A stretch of DNA of 64,000 bases, taken from assembly GCA_965223325.1 (NCBI GenBank), contig CBDCWI010000002.1, forward strand, positions 2,944,001 to 3,008,000. Direction: 5' to 3'. The notes below the pieces were generated by a model, which had not been told where the DNA came from, did no database searches, and saw nothing but the letters and a program-made list of their open reading frames with translations. A program made the position numbers and the translations under genes. Source of the stretch: Candidatus Multivoradales bacterium. GTDB taxonomy: Bacteria; Acidobacteriota; Thermoanaerobaculia; Multivoradales; Multivoraceae. This document shows positions 9,983-19,778 of the stretch, in pieces; position 1 is the first letter of the stretch; every line of letters starts with the position of its first letter.

Positions 9983-12672
9983 GTGGTCGCGCCCTCGCCT
10001 GTCTCGCCGGTGACCTGCTCGCGAACCGCCTCGGGTACCATCGCCAGCGCTTCGTCCAGTTTCTCGGGCAGCTTTCCGCCAGCCTGCGCGAAATCGGCCC
10101 TGCCGCCGCCGCTGCCACCAACCAGACTGGCAAGACTGCGCACGAGTTGACCGGCGTTTATGCGGTCGGTTAGATCAGAGCTCACGGCAGCGATGAGATT
10201 GACCTTGGCGTCGCCCCGTACACCGAGAACCACGACGCCTGACCCGAGTCGGCCCCGCAACACGTCGGCGAGGTTGCGCAGCTCACCGGCCGGCGCCTCC
10301 GGGACCTCGCGGGTGAGAACGCGCACCCCTTCGACCACGGCCTCGCCGTCGTCTTCACTGCTCGAGCCACCCGACATGAGTTTCATGCGCATCTTCGACA
10401 GCTCGCGTTCCTGCTCCTTGAGCCTGTCCTTGAGCTGACCGACCTCGGCGGCGGCATTCTCGGCCGAGGTGCCAAGCTCTTGCAGGGCGGCATGCAGATA
10501 CTGAGACTGTAGGCGTCGCCACTCCTCGGCCACCGATCCGGCAAGCGCTTCGATGCGGCGCACACCCGAGGCGATGCCCCGCTCGCCGGTGATGACGAAC
10601 TCTCCAATCGTGCCCGAGTTGGGTACGTGACAGCCACCGCAGAGCTCGAGACTGAAGCCTGGCACCTCGACCGTCCGCACGACGGCACCGTACTTCTCAC
10701 CGAACAGCGCCATCGCGCCAGCATCGACAGCCTCTTGATACGAACGCTCGGCAATGGCGATCGGCACCGCCCGCCGAACCCACTCATTGACCAGGCGTTC
10801 GACCTCCTCGCGATCCTCGGCCTGGAGAGGAGAGCCGTGAGTGAAGTCGAAGCGCAGACGCTCGGGGTGTACCAGCGAACCGGCCTGGCGCACACCCTCT
10901 CCGAGACGCTCACGCAGCGCGGCGTGCAAGAGATGGGTCGCCGTGTGATGCCGTTCGGTGTCACGACGCAACCGCCTGTCGACGCGCTGGGTCACCGGCT
11001 CGCCAGTCGCCAACGTGCCCTCCGTCACGGCGATCTCGAGCAGGAACAAGCCCGCCTGGCGCTGGACGTCGAGAACCACGGCCCGGCCGTTCGGCCCCTC
11101 GAGCTCGCCGCGGTCGCCGACCTGGCCGCCAGACTCGCCGTAGAAGACCGAGCGCGCTATCGCCGCAAACCCCGTTTCACCAGACGTCAGCGTATCGGTC
11201 GCCGCGAGTTCGCCGTCTTGGGCAAGGCGCACGAGAGCGGTCAACGGCTCATCGCTAAGCACCAGCTCGGCGTAACCCAGGAACTCGGTCTCTGGAAGGC
11301 CTGCCCCAGAACCTGCCGGCGCCATCAACGCGCGCACGGCTCCCAGATCCACTCGGTTGCTGCCGCCCGCGGCGCGCGAACGCTCGCGAGCAGCCTCGAG
11401 TTCGGCGACGAAGCCGTCTTCGTCGATCTCAAATTGCTCCTCTTCGGCGATCTCGCGCAGCACATCGATGGGTAGACCGCGGGTGTCGTAGAAGTGGAAG
11501 ACCGTCGCACCGGTGAGAGTGTCCTCACCGCGCGCCCGGGCCTCTTCGATCGCCTCTTGCACCTTCTGAGCTCCACTCGCGACGGTGGTGAGGAACTTCT
11601 CTTCTTCGGCGGTAATGGTTGCCAGCGAAGCGGCTCGAGTCTGCTCGAGCTGCGGATACGCCGAGCCCATGACGTCACCTAGAACCGGTAGAAGTGAACC
11701 CACAAAGGGCTCTTCGAAGCCGAGGCGCATGCCATGGCGAACTGCACGGCGTAGGAGCCGGCGCAAGACGTAGCCACGACCGTCGTTGGCTGGAATGACG
11801 CCATCGGCAAGCAGGAAGGCCGAGGCACGCAGGTGGTCGGCGATCACCCGCAGCGAAACGTCAGCGCTGGCATCCTGGCCGTAGCCTGTGCCAGCAGAAG
11901 CGGCAGCAGCGTGAAGAATCGGCTGAAAGAGGTCGGTGTCGTAGTTCGACTTGACACCCTGGAGAACTGCCGCCACCCGTTCGAGCCCGGAGCCGGTGTC
12001 GATCGACGGGTTGGGAAGCGGCTCGAGGCTCCCGTCAAGAGAGCGCTCGAACTGCATGAAGACCAGATTCCAGATCTCTACGTAGCGCCCCGAGCCCTCG
12101 CCCTCTCCGAACGGCACCTTCGGTGTTTCGGGAAACAAGTCGACGAAGATCTCGCTACAGGGCCCGCAGGGCCCGGTATCGCCCATCGCCCAGAAGTTGT
12201 CCTTCTCGCCACAGCGATTGATGCGTTCGGGAGGCAGGCTCGAGATCTTGGCCCACAGCTCGGCGGCCTCGTCGTCTTCACGGAAGACGGTCGCAAAGAG
12301 GTGATCGGGGTCGAGCCCCCAGACTCGCGTGACCAGGTCCCAGCCGAACTCGATCGCCTCGGCTTTGAAGTAGTCGCCGAACGAGAAGTTGCCGAGCATC
12401 TCGAAGAAGGTGTGGTGTCGCGGACTCGGCCCGACGTTCTCGAGGTCGTTGTGCTTGCCCGAGACGCGCAGACACTTCTGCGAGGTCACCGCGCGCGGCA
12501 CCTCGGGGGTCACTGCGCCGGTGAACCAGTCCTTGAACTGGACCATGCCAGCGTTGACGAACAAGAGGGTCGGGTCGTCTTGGGGAACCAGCGGCGCGCT
12601 CGCGATCTGGTGATGGCCTCGCTCCTCGAAGTAGTCGAGGAAACTCTGGCGGATGTCGTTGCTGCTCTGCAC
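9979..12672 (-). CDS. alaS: Alanine--tRNA ligase
   Basis: DPTLLFVNAGM, HHTFFEMLGNFSFGDYFK, EIWNLVFMQ, editing HHTATH and ELCGGCH, C-terminal GGGR..AQAGG. Confidence 0.99.
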   Translation of the reverse strand: MQSSNDIRQSFLDYFEERGHHQIASAPLVPQDDPTLLFVNAGMVQFKDWFTGAVTPEVPRAVTSQKCLRVSGKHNDLENVGPSPRHHTFFEMLGNFSFGDYFKAEAIEFGWDLVTRVWGLDPDHLFATVFREDDEAAELWAKISSLPPERINRCGEKDNFWAMGDTGPCGPCSEIFVDLFPETPKVPFGEGEGSGRYVEIWNLVFMQFERSLDGSLEPLPNPSIDTGSGLERVAAVLQGVKSNYDTDLFQPILHAAAASAGTGYGQDASADVSLRVIADHLRASAFLLADGVIPANDGRGYVLRRLLRRAVRHGMRLGFEEPFVGSLLPVLGDVMGSAYPQLEQTRAASLATITAEEEKFLTTVASGAQKVQEAIEEARARGEDTLTGATVFHFYDTRGLPIDVLREIAEEEQFEIDEDGFVAELEAARERSRAAGGSNRVDLGAVRALMAPAGSGAGLPETEFLGYAELVLSDEPLTALVRLAQDGELAATDTLTSGETGFAAIARSVFYGESGGQVGDRGELEGPNGRAVVLDVQRQAGLFLLEIAVTEGTLATGEPVTQRVDRRLRRDTERHHTATHLLHAALRERLGEGVRQAGSLVHPERLRFDFTHGSPLQAEDREEVERLVNEWVRRAVPIAIAERSYQEAVDAGAMALFGEKYGAVVRTVEVPGFSLELCGGCHVPNSGTIGEFVITGERGIASGVRRIEALAGSVAEEWRRLQSQYLHAALQELGTSAENAAAEVGQLKDRLKEQERELSKMRMKLMSGGSSSEDDGEAVVEGVRVLTREVPEAPAGELRNLADVLRGRLGSGVVVLGVRGDAKVNLIAAVSSDLTDRINAGQLVRSLASLVGGSGGGRADFAQAGGKLPEKLDEALAMVPEAVREQVTGETGEGATT

Positions 12673-12763
12673 GTCTGGATCTCAGGTCAAGAACGGTCGG
12701 GAGAAGGCCGGCTGAGGAGAGAGGCGCTTGCGGGGCGCCAAGAAGAGTCGCGAGCCGAAAGGC

Positions 12764-13231
12764 TCAGCCCTCGAGAATGTCCAGAATGATACGCGTCCCA
12801 AACCCCTTGCGCTCCAGGTGACGGCCGAGTGCCTCGCGATCGACATCGTCGCCACTCCGTGCACGGAACCGCTCAGCCGCTTCCAGGGCACCAGCCATCT
12901 CAGCCTCACGATCGATCAGGCGAAGCGCCGCCTCGACATGATCAGCGTCGACCCCGCGACGAAACAGTTGTGCGCGCAGCTTCGTCGAGCCAATCGGTCC
13001 TCGCCGCAAACGCGATTCAACAAACGCCTTGGCAGTCTCGGCATCGTCGACGAAACGCTCCTCGAGCAAGCGGCGCATGGTGGACGAGATCTCCTCGTCG
13101 TCGTACTCGCGCTTGCGCAGCTTGGCCTCTAGCTCCGCCTGGAAGTGCGGCCGGCGCGCAAGAAGGTCGAGCGCCTTGTCGCGGCAAGGCGGCCGTTCAC
13201 CGAGTCGAGAGTTCAAGAGAGAATCTCCCAT
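12764..13231 (-). CDS. recX: Regulatory protein RecX
   Basis: ALDLLARR...ELEAKL...FVDD...LFRRGV...LERKGF; upstream of alaS. Start taken at MGDSLL. Confidence 0.85.
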   Translation of the reverse strand: MGDSLLNSRLGERPPCRDKALDLLARRPHFQAELEAKLRKREYDDEEISSTMRRLLEERFVDDAETAKAFVESRLRRGPIGSTKLRAQLFRRGVDADHVEAALRLIDREAEMAGALEAAERFRARSGDDVDREALGRHLERKGFGTRIILDILEG

Positions 13232-13283
13232 GAGACACCGACATTCGATCGCTGGCTTCAGCCCAGGGGGGAGAAGACCATGA

Positions 13284-13393
13284 TTGAGAGTCGTGGTAAC
13301 GACCCGACCTACCCACGACGACGTACCTCCGGAGCAGGACGATACACAACACAAGGAGCGCAACGCAGGCCGTCCACCACGACTCGCAACTAG
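13284..13393. repeat. Imperfect palindromic element ending in CTAG on the pilT stop codon
   Basis: Arms TTGAGAGTCGTGGT (13284-13297) and ACCACGACTCGCAA (13376-13389) match at 13/14; internal AAGGAGCGCAACGCAG resembles the core of the 166-bp element. Confidence 0.55.
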
Positions 13394-14601
13394 TCGCCGA
13401 TGCGCTCGATCTGGAAGGCGTCGTCGATGCTGCCGAGGCTGTCGAGATCGTCGCCCCCGAGAATGTCGTCGCCGCCGACCATCTGAGTTTGTGAATCCAT
13501 CTCTTCGCGCGCTACGTCGGCGGTCGACTGGACACCTTCCAGCTTCAACTTGAACTCGTCCGGGTTGGTGGCGCGTTCGAGGGCGTCTTCGAGGGTGATC
13601 AAGCCACCCTTGTAGAGGTTGTAGAGCGACTGATCGAAGGTCTGCATGCCGTACTGGCTGGTGCCGGCCTTGATCTGATCGCGGATGTACTTGGTCTTGT
13701 CTTTGTTCTCGATGCAGTCGCGAATGTAGGGCGTGCAGATCATCACCTCGACAGCCGGCACACGGCCGATGCCGTCGGCGCGCGGCACCAGGCGCATCGA
13801 GATGACCGCCTTGAGAACCTGCGCCAGCTGAATGCGAATCTGCTTCTGGTGGTGCGGCGGAAAGACCGAGATGATGCGGGTGATCGTCTCCATCGCATCC
13901 AGAGTGTGCAGGGTCGAGAACACGAGATGACCGGTTTCCGCTGCCAGCAGCGCAGTTTCGATGGTCTCGAAGTCGCGCATTTCGCCGACCAGAATGACGT
14001 CCGGATCCTGGCGGAGGGCGGCGCGCAGAGCGGGCGAGAACCCGCGAGTGTCGACTTCGAGTTCACGCTGGTTGACGATCGACTTCTTGTCGCGATGGAG
14101 ATACTCGATCGGATCCTCAATGGTGATGATGTGGTCCGGCCGGTTACCGTTGATGTGGTCGATCATCGCCGCCAGAGAGGTCGACTTACCGGAACCCGTG
14201 GTTCCGGTGACCAACACCAGGCCGCGCCGCTCTTCGCAGATGCCCTCGATCACCGGCGGCAGCATCAACTCGCGCACCGTCAACACGCGAGCAGGAATGA
14301 CGCGCATCACCAACCCGACGGTGCCGCGCTGCTGAAACACGTTGCAACGGAACCGACCGAGCCCAGGTACCGAGTACGCGATGTCGAGTTCGAGCTCTTC
14401 CTTGAAGCGCTGCTTCTGACGCGCGTTCATCATCGAGAAGGCCATCGACACCGTGTCTTCCTGCATCAGCCGCTTCATCTCGTTGAGCGGGCGCAGCTCA
14501 CCGTCGATACGGACGACCGGCGGGCTACCGACCTTCAAATGGAGATCGGAGGCCTTGTTTTCGACCGCGACCTTGAGCAGTTCGTTGATGTTCAGCGACA
14601 T
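13390..14601 (-). CDS. pilT: Type IV pilus retraction ATPase (PilT family)
   Basis: ASDLHL, GTTGSGKST, TIEDPIE, LRQDPDVILVGEMRD, AETGH..STLHT, GMQTFDQSL. Confidence 0.95.
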   Translation of the reverse strand: MSLNINELLKVAVENKASDLHLKVGSPPVVRIDGELRPLNEMKRLMQEDTVSMAFSMMNARQKQRFKEELELDIAYSVPGLGRFRCNVFQQRGTVGLVMRVIPARVLTVRELMLPPVIEGICEERRGLVLVTGTTGSGKSTSLAAMIDHINGNRPDHIITIEDPIEYLHRDKKSIVNQRELEVDTRGFSPALRAALRQDPDVILVGEMRDFETIETALLAAETGHLVFSTLHTLDAMETITRIISVFPPHHQKQIRIQLAQVLKAVISMRLVPRADGIGRVPAVEVMICTPYIRDCIENKDKTKYIRDQIKAGTSQYGMQTFDQSLYNLYKGGLITLEDALERATNPDEFKLKLEGVQSTADVAREEMDSQTQMVGGDDILGGDDLDSLGSIDDAFQIERIGD

Positions 14602-14694
14602 GAGGCGGGACCTCTCTTACGGAAGGGAAGGCTGAAGTGGCGGAGAAAGGGTTGCGATTCGAGCGTCTCGCAACCGGTGCCGAGCCTAGGAATC

Positions 14695-15465
14695 CTAGCT
14701 TTTTGGGGAGCTCTGGTCAACCGAAGCCTGTTCGAGCTCCGTCGACGCGGCGGCGGGTGTCACGGCCAGGGCTGCCGCCGTGATGGCCGCGGTTTCCACC
14801 CGCAAAGTGCGCGGGCCAAGCCACCAGGGCGCCACGTCGATCGCCCTGAGGGCGGCGAGCTCCTCGGCCGTAAAGCCCCCCTCCGGGCCGACCACGACGT
14901 GTAGTGGGTTTAGACCCCCCACGGGGTCGGGCAAAGGTCCCGGGCACGACGGATCGAGCACCAGTGCCTCGGCCCGCGGGTCCTCGAGCTCGCCCAGGAG
15001 TTCTTGCCACGAAAGCGGCGGCACGATCTCTGGAAGTGTCGCGCCGCCGCATTGTTCGAGAGCAGCTGCGGCCACCCGTTCAAGGCGTGCCAGGTGTTTG
15101 GGTCGTAACTCGCGCTGGGTGCGAGCGCTCTCGAACCAGGCGATGCCTGCGACCCCGAGCTCGGTCGCCTTCTCAACCAGCCAGGAGGCGCGCTCGAGCC
15201 GCGGTACCGCAACCCAAAGCGTCAACTCCCGCCGCGGAGCAAGCGCCGGAAGAGGATCCTCGAGGCGCACCAGGGCAACGTCTCGCTCTACGGTCACCAC
15301 GACCCCCAACCGCGCCCCACCTGCTCCGTCGACGACGCGAATCTCCTCGCCGGGGGCCAGCCGTCTAGCGCGAAAGAGATGGCGATGGGCATCGCCACGA
15401 ACTTCGACCAACGCACCGTCGAGACTCTCGGGAACGACCACCATGGTTGGTCGATGAGTCCTCAC
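14695..15465 (-). CDS. rsmE: 16S rRNA m3U1498 methyltransferase
   Basis: VEKATELGV, AALEQC, VGPEGGF, LGPRTLRVETA; GTG start overlapping the prmA TGA. Confidence 0.93.
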   Translation of the reverse strand: MRTHRPTMVVVPESLDGALVEVRGDAHRHLFRARRLAPGEEIRVVDGAGGARLGVVVTVERDVALVRLEDPLPALAPRRELTLWVAVPRLERASWLVEKATELGVAGIAWFESARTQRELRPKHLARLERVAAAALEQCGGATLPEIVPPLSWQELLGELEDPRAEALVLDPSCPGPLPDPVGGLNPLHVVVGPEGGFTAEELAALRAIDVAPWWLGPRTLRVETAAITAAALAVTPAAASTELEQASVDQSSPKS

Positions 15466-16454
15466 CCCTTTTCCCCGTCGACACGCCCGGCGTTCGGTCT
15501 GTCGCGACCAAGAACCAGGAGTCGCCATTCGTCGATGCGATCGCACCCGTGGACGGACCAGCCGAGCTCCAGCCAGGGCTCGAGGGCTCGCGCTTCCTCG
15601 CCGTCGACGATGCCGGAGAGCCAGACGACACCACCCGGTGTCACCCGTTGGGAGATCAAAGGTACGTCTTCTTCGATGCGTTCCGGTAGAACGTTGACCA
15701 GCGCGAGGTCGAACAGCACACCCAGCCTCAGGGCGCCCATCGCACCGGCAAAAAACCGCGGGGCGCGCGCGTCGCTCGCCTCGCCGTCGACTGGCACAGC
15801 CAACGCACCAAGGTGGTCGTTGGCACTCAGCGACATCTGTGCCGCGCGCGCCGCCTCGAGGTCGACGTCTAGACCCGTGACACGAGCCGCACCGAGCGCC
15901 CAGGCAACCAGGCTGAGTATGCCCGTGCCCGTTCCCACGTCGAGCACCCGGAGAGACTGCGGGGGGTCCGCCTGTAGGCGCTCGAGCATCAGGCGGGTCG
16001 TGGCATGGCTTCCGGTACCGAACGCCTGGCGCGCAGGTACCCGAAGGCGCACCAGGCCGGCCTCGCCCTCAGAATCCAGGAAGTCGGGTTCGGTACGAGA
16101 GACCCCCAGTTCGCGCGCATCGATCAGGAACCTGCCGAGAACCTTCGGTTCGACGGCTGCGCGGTAGGGCTTCATCCAGTCCTCCGCGGGCACCACCTCC
16201 TCACAGATCAGCTGAACGCCTGCCAGGCCCGCCGCCTCCCGAAGAAAGCCCTCCGGCGCATCGTCGTCGAACCACACCTCGAGGACGGCGCGTTGCTCTC
16301 CTTCGTCGACGACCGTCACGCCCAGAGTCTGTGCCAGCCAGCATTGAGCGACGAAAGGCTCCTGGGAATCCAACACCACGTGGTAGCGCAGCTTCGTGAA
16401 GACTCTGTTTGGGAACGCCGCGGCCGCCGGAGTCTCTTCAGTTGAACCGCTCAT
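15462..16454 (-). CDS. prmA: Ribosomal protein L11 methyltransferase
   Basis: EDW, AFGTGSHATT, VLDVGTGTGILS, LSGI; follows dnaJ. Confidence 0.92.
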   Translation of the reverse strand: MSGSTEETPAAAAFPNRVFTKLRYHVVLDSQEPFVAQCWLAQTLGVTVVDEGEQRAVLEVWFDDDAPEGFLREAAGLAGVQLICEEVVPAEDWMKPYRAAVEPKVLGRFLIDARELGVSRTEPDFLDSEGEAGLVRLRVPARQAFGTGSHATTRLMLERLQADPPQSLRVLDVGTGTGILSLVAWALGAARVTGLDVDLEAARAAQMSLSANDHLGALAVPVDGEASDARAPRFFAGAMGALRLGVLFDLALVNVLPERIEEDVPLISQRVTPGGVVWLSGIVDGEEARALEPWLELGWSVHGCDRIDEWRLLVLGRDRPNAGRVDGEKG

Positions 16455-16518
16455 GGGCAGGGGTCATGCTACCGAGCCCGCGATTGCGCCGCCCAACGCT
16501 GCCGCCGCCGCGATGGGC

Positions 16519-16684
16519 CTAGTACCCCGTACCATTGAAACGCACAGCGTCTGCGCGGTCCTCGCGCTCGATCTCTGTGTTGTCACTCCTCGACAGATCA
16601 CCAATATGCCTGCGTCGTGACGCCTTGATCTCGAGCACGATCATCCGCCCAGCCACTATCCGTTTCAATGGTACGGGGTACTAG
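16519..16684. mobile_element. 166-bp MITE-like palindromic element, copy A
   Basis: Perfect 24-bp terminal inverted repeat CTAGTACCCCGTACCATTGAAACG; the right CTAG contains the dnaJ TAG stop; near-identical copies occur at 61096 and 63538 in the opposite orientation. Confidence 0.9.
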
Positions 16685-17784
16685 CTGCCGAAGAAGTCTT
16701 TGACGCGCTCGATCACACCACGGTCTTCGCGTACCGTCTCACCTTCGATCTCGGCCAGACGCTTGAGAATCTCGATCTGTTCTTCCTCGAGCGATCTGGG
16801 ATGTGGCACGCGAATCTCGACGACCACGAGATGATCGCCACGACCCCGCCCACCGAGGCGGTCGATGCCGTCACCGCGCAGCCCGAAGGTCTCGCCCTGC
16901 GACGTTCCCGCAGGAATGTCGAGCTCGCGCGTGCCGTGCAGCGTCTCGACGTCGATCGAGCCTCCGAGCACCGCCAGCGGGTAGGAGATGGCGATCGACT
17001 CGATCACATCGGCACCCTGGCGCTTCAGGCGCTCATGTTCGGCGACATGAATGACGACGTACAGGTCGCCCGGCGGCCCACCGCGCTCGCCGTGCTCGCC
17101 TTCGCCGGTCAGCCGCAGGCGGGCGCCGTTGTCGACACCTGCGGGAATCCGCACCTCAATCGAGCGTTCACGTTCGATGCGACCACGTCCCGAGCAATCT
17201 TCGCAGGGGTCGGTGACAATGGTGCCACTACCACTGCATTGCGGGCAGGTGCGGCTGACGGTGAAAAAGCCCTGGCTGTAGGCGACCTGACCGCGGCCAC
17301 GGCAGGTGGCGCAGGCACTGGGAGTCGTGCCCTCTTTCGAGCCCGAACCGCGACAGGTGTCACACCCCTCGAGGCGCGGTATGCGCAGGGTAGGAACGGT
17401 CCCGAAGGCTGCATCCTCGAAGGAGATCTCGAGGTCGTAGCGCAGGTCGGCACCCGGTTGCGGGCCGGGCCGGCGACTGCGGCTGCGTCCGAAACCGAAG
17501 AGATCACCCAGGATGTCCGAGAAGTCGGCGAACACCGTCGGGTCGAAACCGCCCGCACCACCACCGGTGCCGACGTGGCCGAAACGGTCGTATTGCGCTC
17601 GTTTGCCTTCGTCGGAGAGCACTGCGTAGGCCTCGGCGGCCTCCTTGAAGCTGTGCTCGGCGGCTGCATCACCGGGGTTCTTGTCGGGGTGGTGCTGCAT
17701 CGCCTTCTTGCGATACGCCTTCTTGATCTCGGCGAGTGTCGCCGAGCGATCCACCTCGAGGATCTCGTAGTAGTCACGGGCCAT
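16681..17784 (-). CDS. dnaJ: Chaperone DnaJ
   Basis: J domain with HPD, G/F region, four CxxCxGxG repeats; start MARDYY. Confidence 0.98.
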   Translation of the reverse strand: MARDYYEILEVDRSATLAEIKKAYRKKAMQHHPDKNPGDAAAEHSFKEAAEAYAVLSDEGKRAQYDRFGHVGTGGGAGGFDPTVFADFSDILGDLFGFGRSRSRRPGPQPGADLRYDLEISFEDAAFGTVPTLRIPRLEGCDTCRGSGSKEGTTPSACATCRGRGQVAYSQGFFTVSRTCPQCSGSGTIVTDPCEDCSGRGRIERERSIEVRIPAGVDNGARLRLTGEGEHGERGGPPGDLYVVIHVAEHERLKRQGADVIESIAISYPLAVLGGSIDVETLHGTRELDIPAGTSQGETFGLRGDGIDRLGGRGRGDHLVVVEIRVPHPRSLEEEQIEILKRLAEIEGETVREDRGVIERVKDFFGS

Positions 17785-17917
17785 GAAGCAAACGTCCTGC
17801 TGATCGTTCAAGTAGGGCTACGCGGCAGAGGACGCGTCGATTCGACCTCTGGGCTGCAAGCAGACTGAGATACGGGCCGGCGCACACCTCGCGTGACTCC
17901 GGCTCCAACGAGAATGC

Positions 17918-19747
17918 TCAGATCTCTTCTTCAGGCGACTCTTCGAGCATTACATCGGAAAGCATGCGCGACACCGAACTCAGGTCGAACATGGCGGCTT
18001 CCATCTCGGCCCGATCATCGCTATTGAGCGCCGCGCGGGCAGCCGACATCGTATCGCGAACCTTGGCTCGGACATCCTCCTCGAGGGCGTCAGCGAACTG
18101 TTCGACGACCCGCTCGTTGGTGTAGATCAGGCCCTCGAGACGGTTTTTGACCCGTCGAAGCTCCCGCCGGCCGCGATCTTCCTCGGCGTTCTGCTCGGCT
18201 TCTTGAACCAGACGGTCGACTTCATCGGCAGAGAGGCCAGATGCCGGGTTGATCTGCAGGGTCTGCATCTGGTTGGTCGCCAGGTCGCGGGCCGAAACGG
18301 TGTGAATGCTGTTCGAGTCAATGGCAAACGTGACCTCGATCTGCGGCACACCCTTGGGAGCCGGCGGAATGCCTACCAGTTCGATCTTGCCCAGCGAACG
18401 GTTCTCGGGGGCGAGTTCACGTTCACCCTGGAGGATGTGGATCTCGACGGTGTCCTGGTTGTCTACGACCGTGGTGAAGATCTGCGACACCTTGGTGGGT
18501 ATCGTCGAGTTGCGTTCGATCAACTTGGTGAACAGGCCACCCTGCGTCTCGATGCCCAGCGAAAGCGGCGTGACGTCGAGTAGGACGACGTCCTTGATCG
18601 AACCCTGAAGAATGCCACCCTGGATTGCCGCACCGGTCGCGACGACTTCGTCGGGGTTGATTTCACTGTTGGGCTCACGGCCGAAGATCGCCTTGACCGA
18701 TTCATGCACCAAGGGCGTTCGGGTCTGGCCACCAACCAGCAGGACCTCGTCGATATCTCCGGGGGTCAGGCCAGCCTGTTCGAGCGCATCTTCGCAAGGC
18801 GCACGGGTCGCTTCGACCAGATCCTTGACGAGGTGTTCGAAGTGCGAGCGGGTCAGCGTGCGCGAGAGATGACGCGGGCCCGAATCGTCGGCTGAGATGA
18901 AAGGCAGGTTCACCGGCGCTTCGTCTTCACTCGAAAGCTCGCACTTGGCACGCTCGGCTGCCTCCTTGAGACGCTGGAGAGCCATGCGGTCGGTGCGCAG
19001 ATCGATATCGGTTTCGCGCAGGAATTCATCGACCAGCCAATCCATGATCGCGCGATCGAAGTCTTCGCCGCCGAGATCGGGGTCGCCGTTGGTCGCTTTG
19101 ACTTCGAAAATGCCCTGCGACAACTCCATGATCGAAATATCGAAGGTGCCGCCGCCGAGATCGTAGACGGCGATGTTCTCAGAGCCATCGCGACGATCGA
19201 GGCCGTAGGCCAGAGCTGCCGCGGTGGGCTCGTTGATGATGCGCAGAACGTCGAGCCCAGCAATCTTGCCGGCATCTTTGGTGGCCTGACGCTGGGAGTC
19301 GTCAAAGTAGGCGGGCACGGTGATGATCGCCTCCTTGACCGGCTCTTCGAGCACTTCTTCGGCAAAACTGCGCAGCTCTTGCAGGATGATCGCAGAGATC
19401 TCTTCCGGGCTGTAGCGCCGGTCGCGAATCTGGATCTTGACGTCGCCGTTGTTGGCTTCGACCAGCGGATAAGGCAAATGCACTTCGAGTGCGCGCTGGA
19501 CGTGGGGGTCCTGGAACTTCCGCCCAATGAGACGCTTGACCGCAAACACCGTGTTCTGCGGGTTGGTGATCGCCTGGCGCTTGGCGATCTGCCCGACGAG
19601 GCGGTCGCCGTCTTCGGCGAACGCCACGATAGAGGCCGTCGTGCGGCTCCCTTCGCGGTTCGGCAGAACGCGCGGCGACGACAATCCCTCGACAACGGCC
19701 ACACAGCTGTTGGTCGTCCCGAGATCAATGCCTACGATCTTGCCCAC
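17918..19747 (-). CDS. dnaK: Hsp70 chaperone DnaK (somewhat divergent)
   Basis: GIDLGTTNS, TVPAYF, NEPTAAA, DLGGGTFD, LLDVTPLSLG; lies between grpE and dnaJ. Confidence 0.96.
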   Translation of the reverse strand: MGKIVGIDLGTTNSCVAVVEGLSSPRVLPNREGSRTTASIVAFAEDGDRLVGQIAKRQAITNPQNTVFAVKRLIGRKFQDPHVQRALEVHLPYPLVEANNGDVKIQIRDRRYSPEEISAIILQELRSFAEEVLEEPVKEAIITVPAYFDDSQRQATKDAGKIAGLDVLRIINEPTAAALAYGLDRRDGSENIAVYDLGGGTFDISIMELSQGIFEVKATNGDPDLGGEDFDRAIMDWLVDEFLRETDIDLRTDRMALQRLKEAAERAKCELSSEDEAPVNLPFISADDSGPRHLSRTLTRSHFEHLVKDLVEATRAPCEDALEQAGLTPGDIDEVLLVGGQTRTPLVHESVKAIFGREPNSEINPDEVVATGAAIQGGILQGSIKDVVLLDVTPLSLGIETQGGLFTKLIERNSTIPTKVSQIFTTVVDNQDTVEIHILQGERELAPENRSLGKIELVGIPPAPKGVPQIEVTFAIDSNSIHTVSARDLATNQMQTLQINPASGLSADEVDRLVQEAEQNAEEDRGRRELRRVKNRLEGLIYTNERVVEQFADALEEDVRAKVRDTMSAARAALNSDDRAEMEAAMFDLSSVSRMLSDVMLEESPEEEI

Positions 19748-19778
19748 GCCTACTTACCTCTCACCACTCGCCGAGACA

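Noticed and set aside
16519-16684. Pyrrolysine (PYLIS-like) recoding signal
   Set aside because: No pyl genes or tRNA in the window, both orientations occur, and the host proteins look complete at the first TAG.
16801-17868. 355-aa plus-strand ORF
   Set aside because: Antisense shadow of dnaJ, typical of high-GC codon bias.
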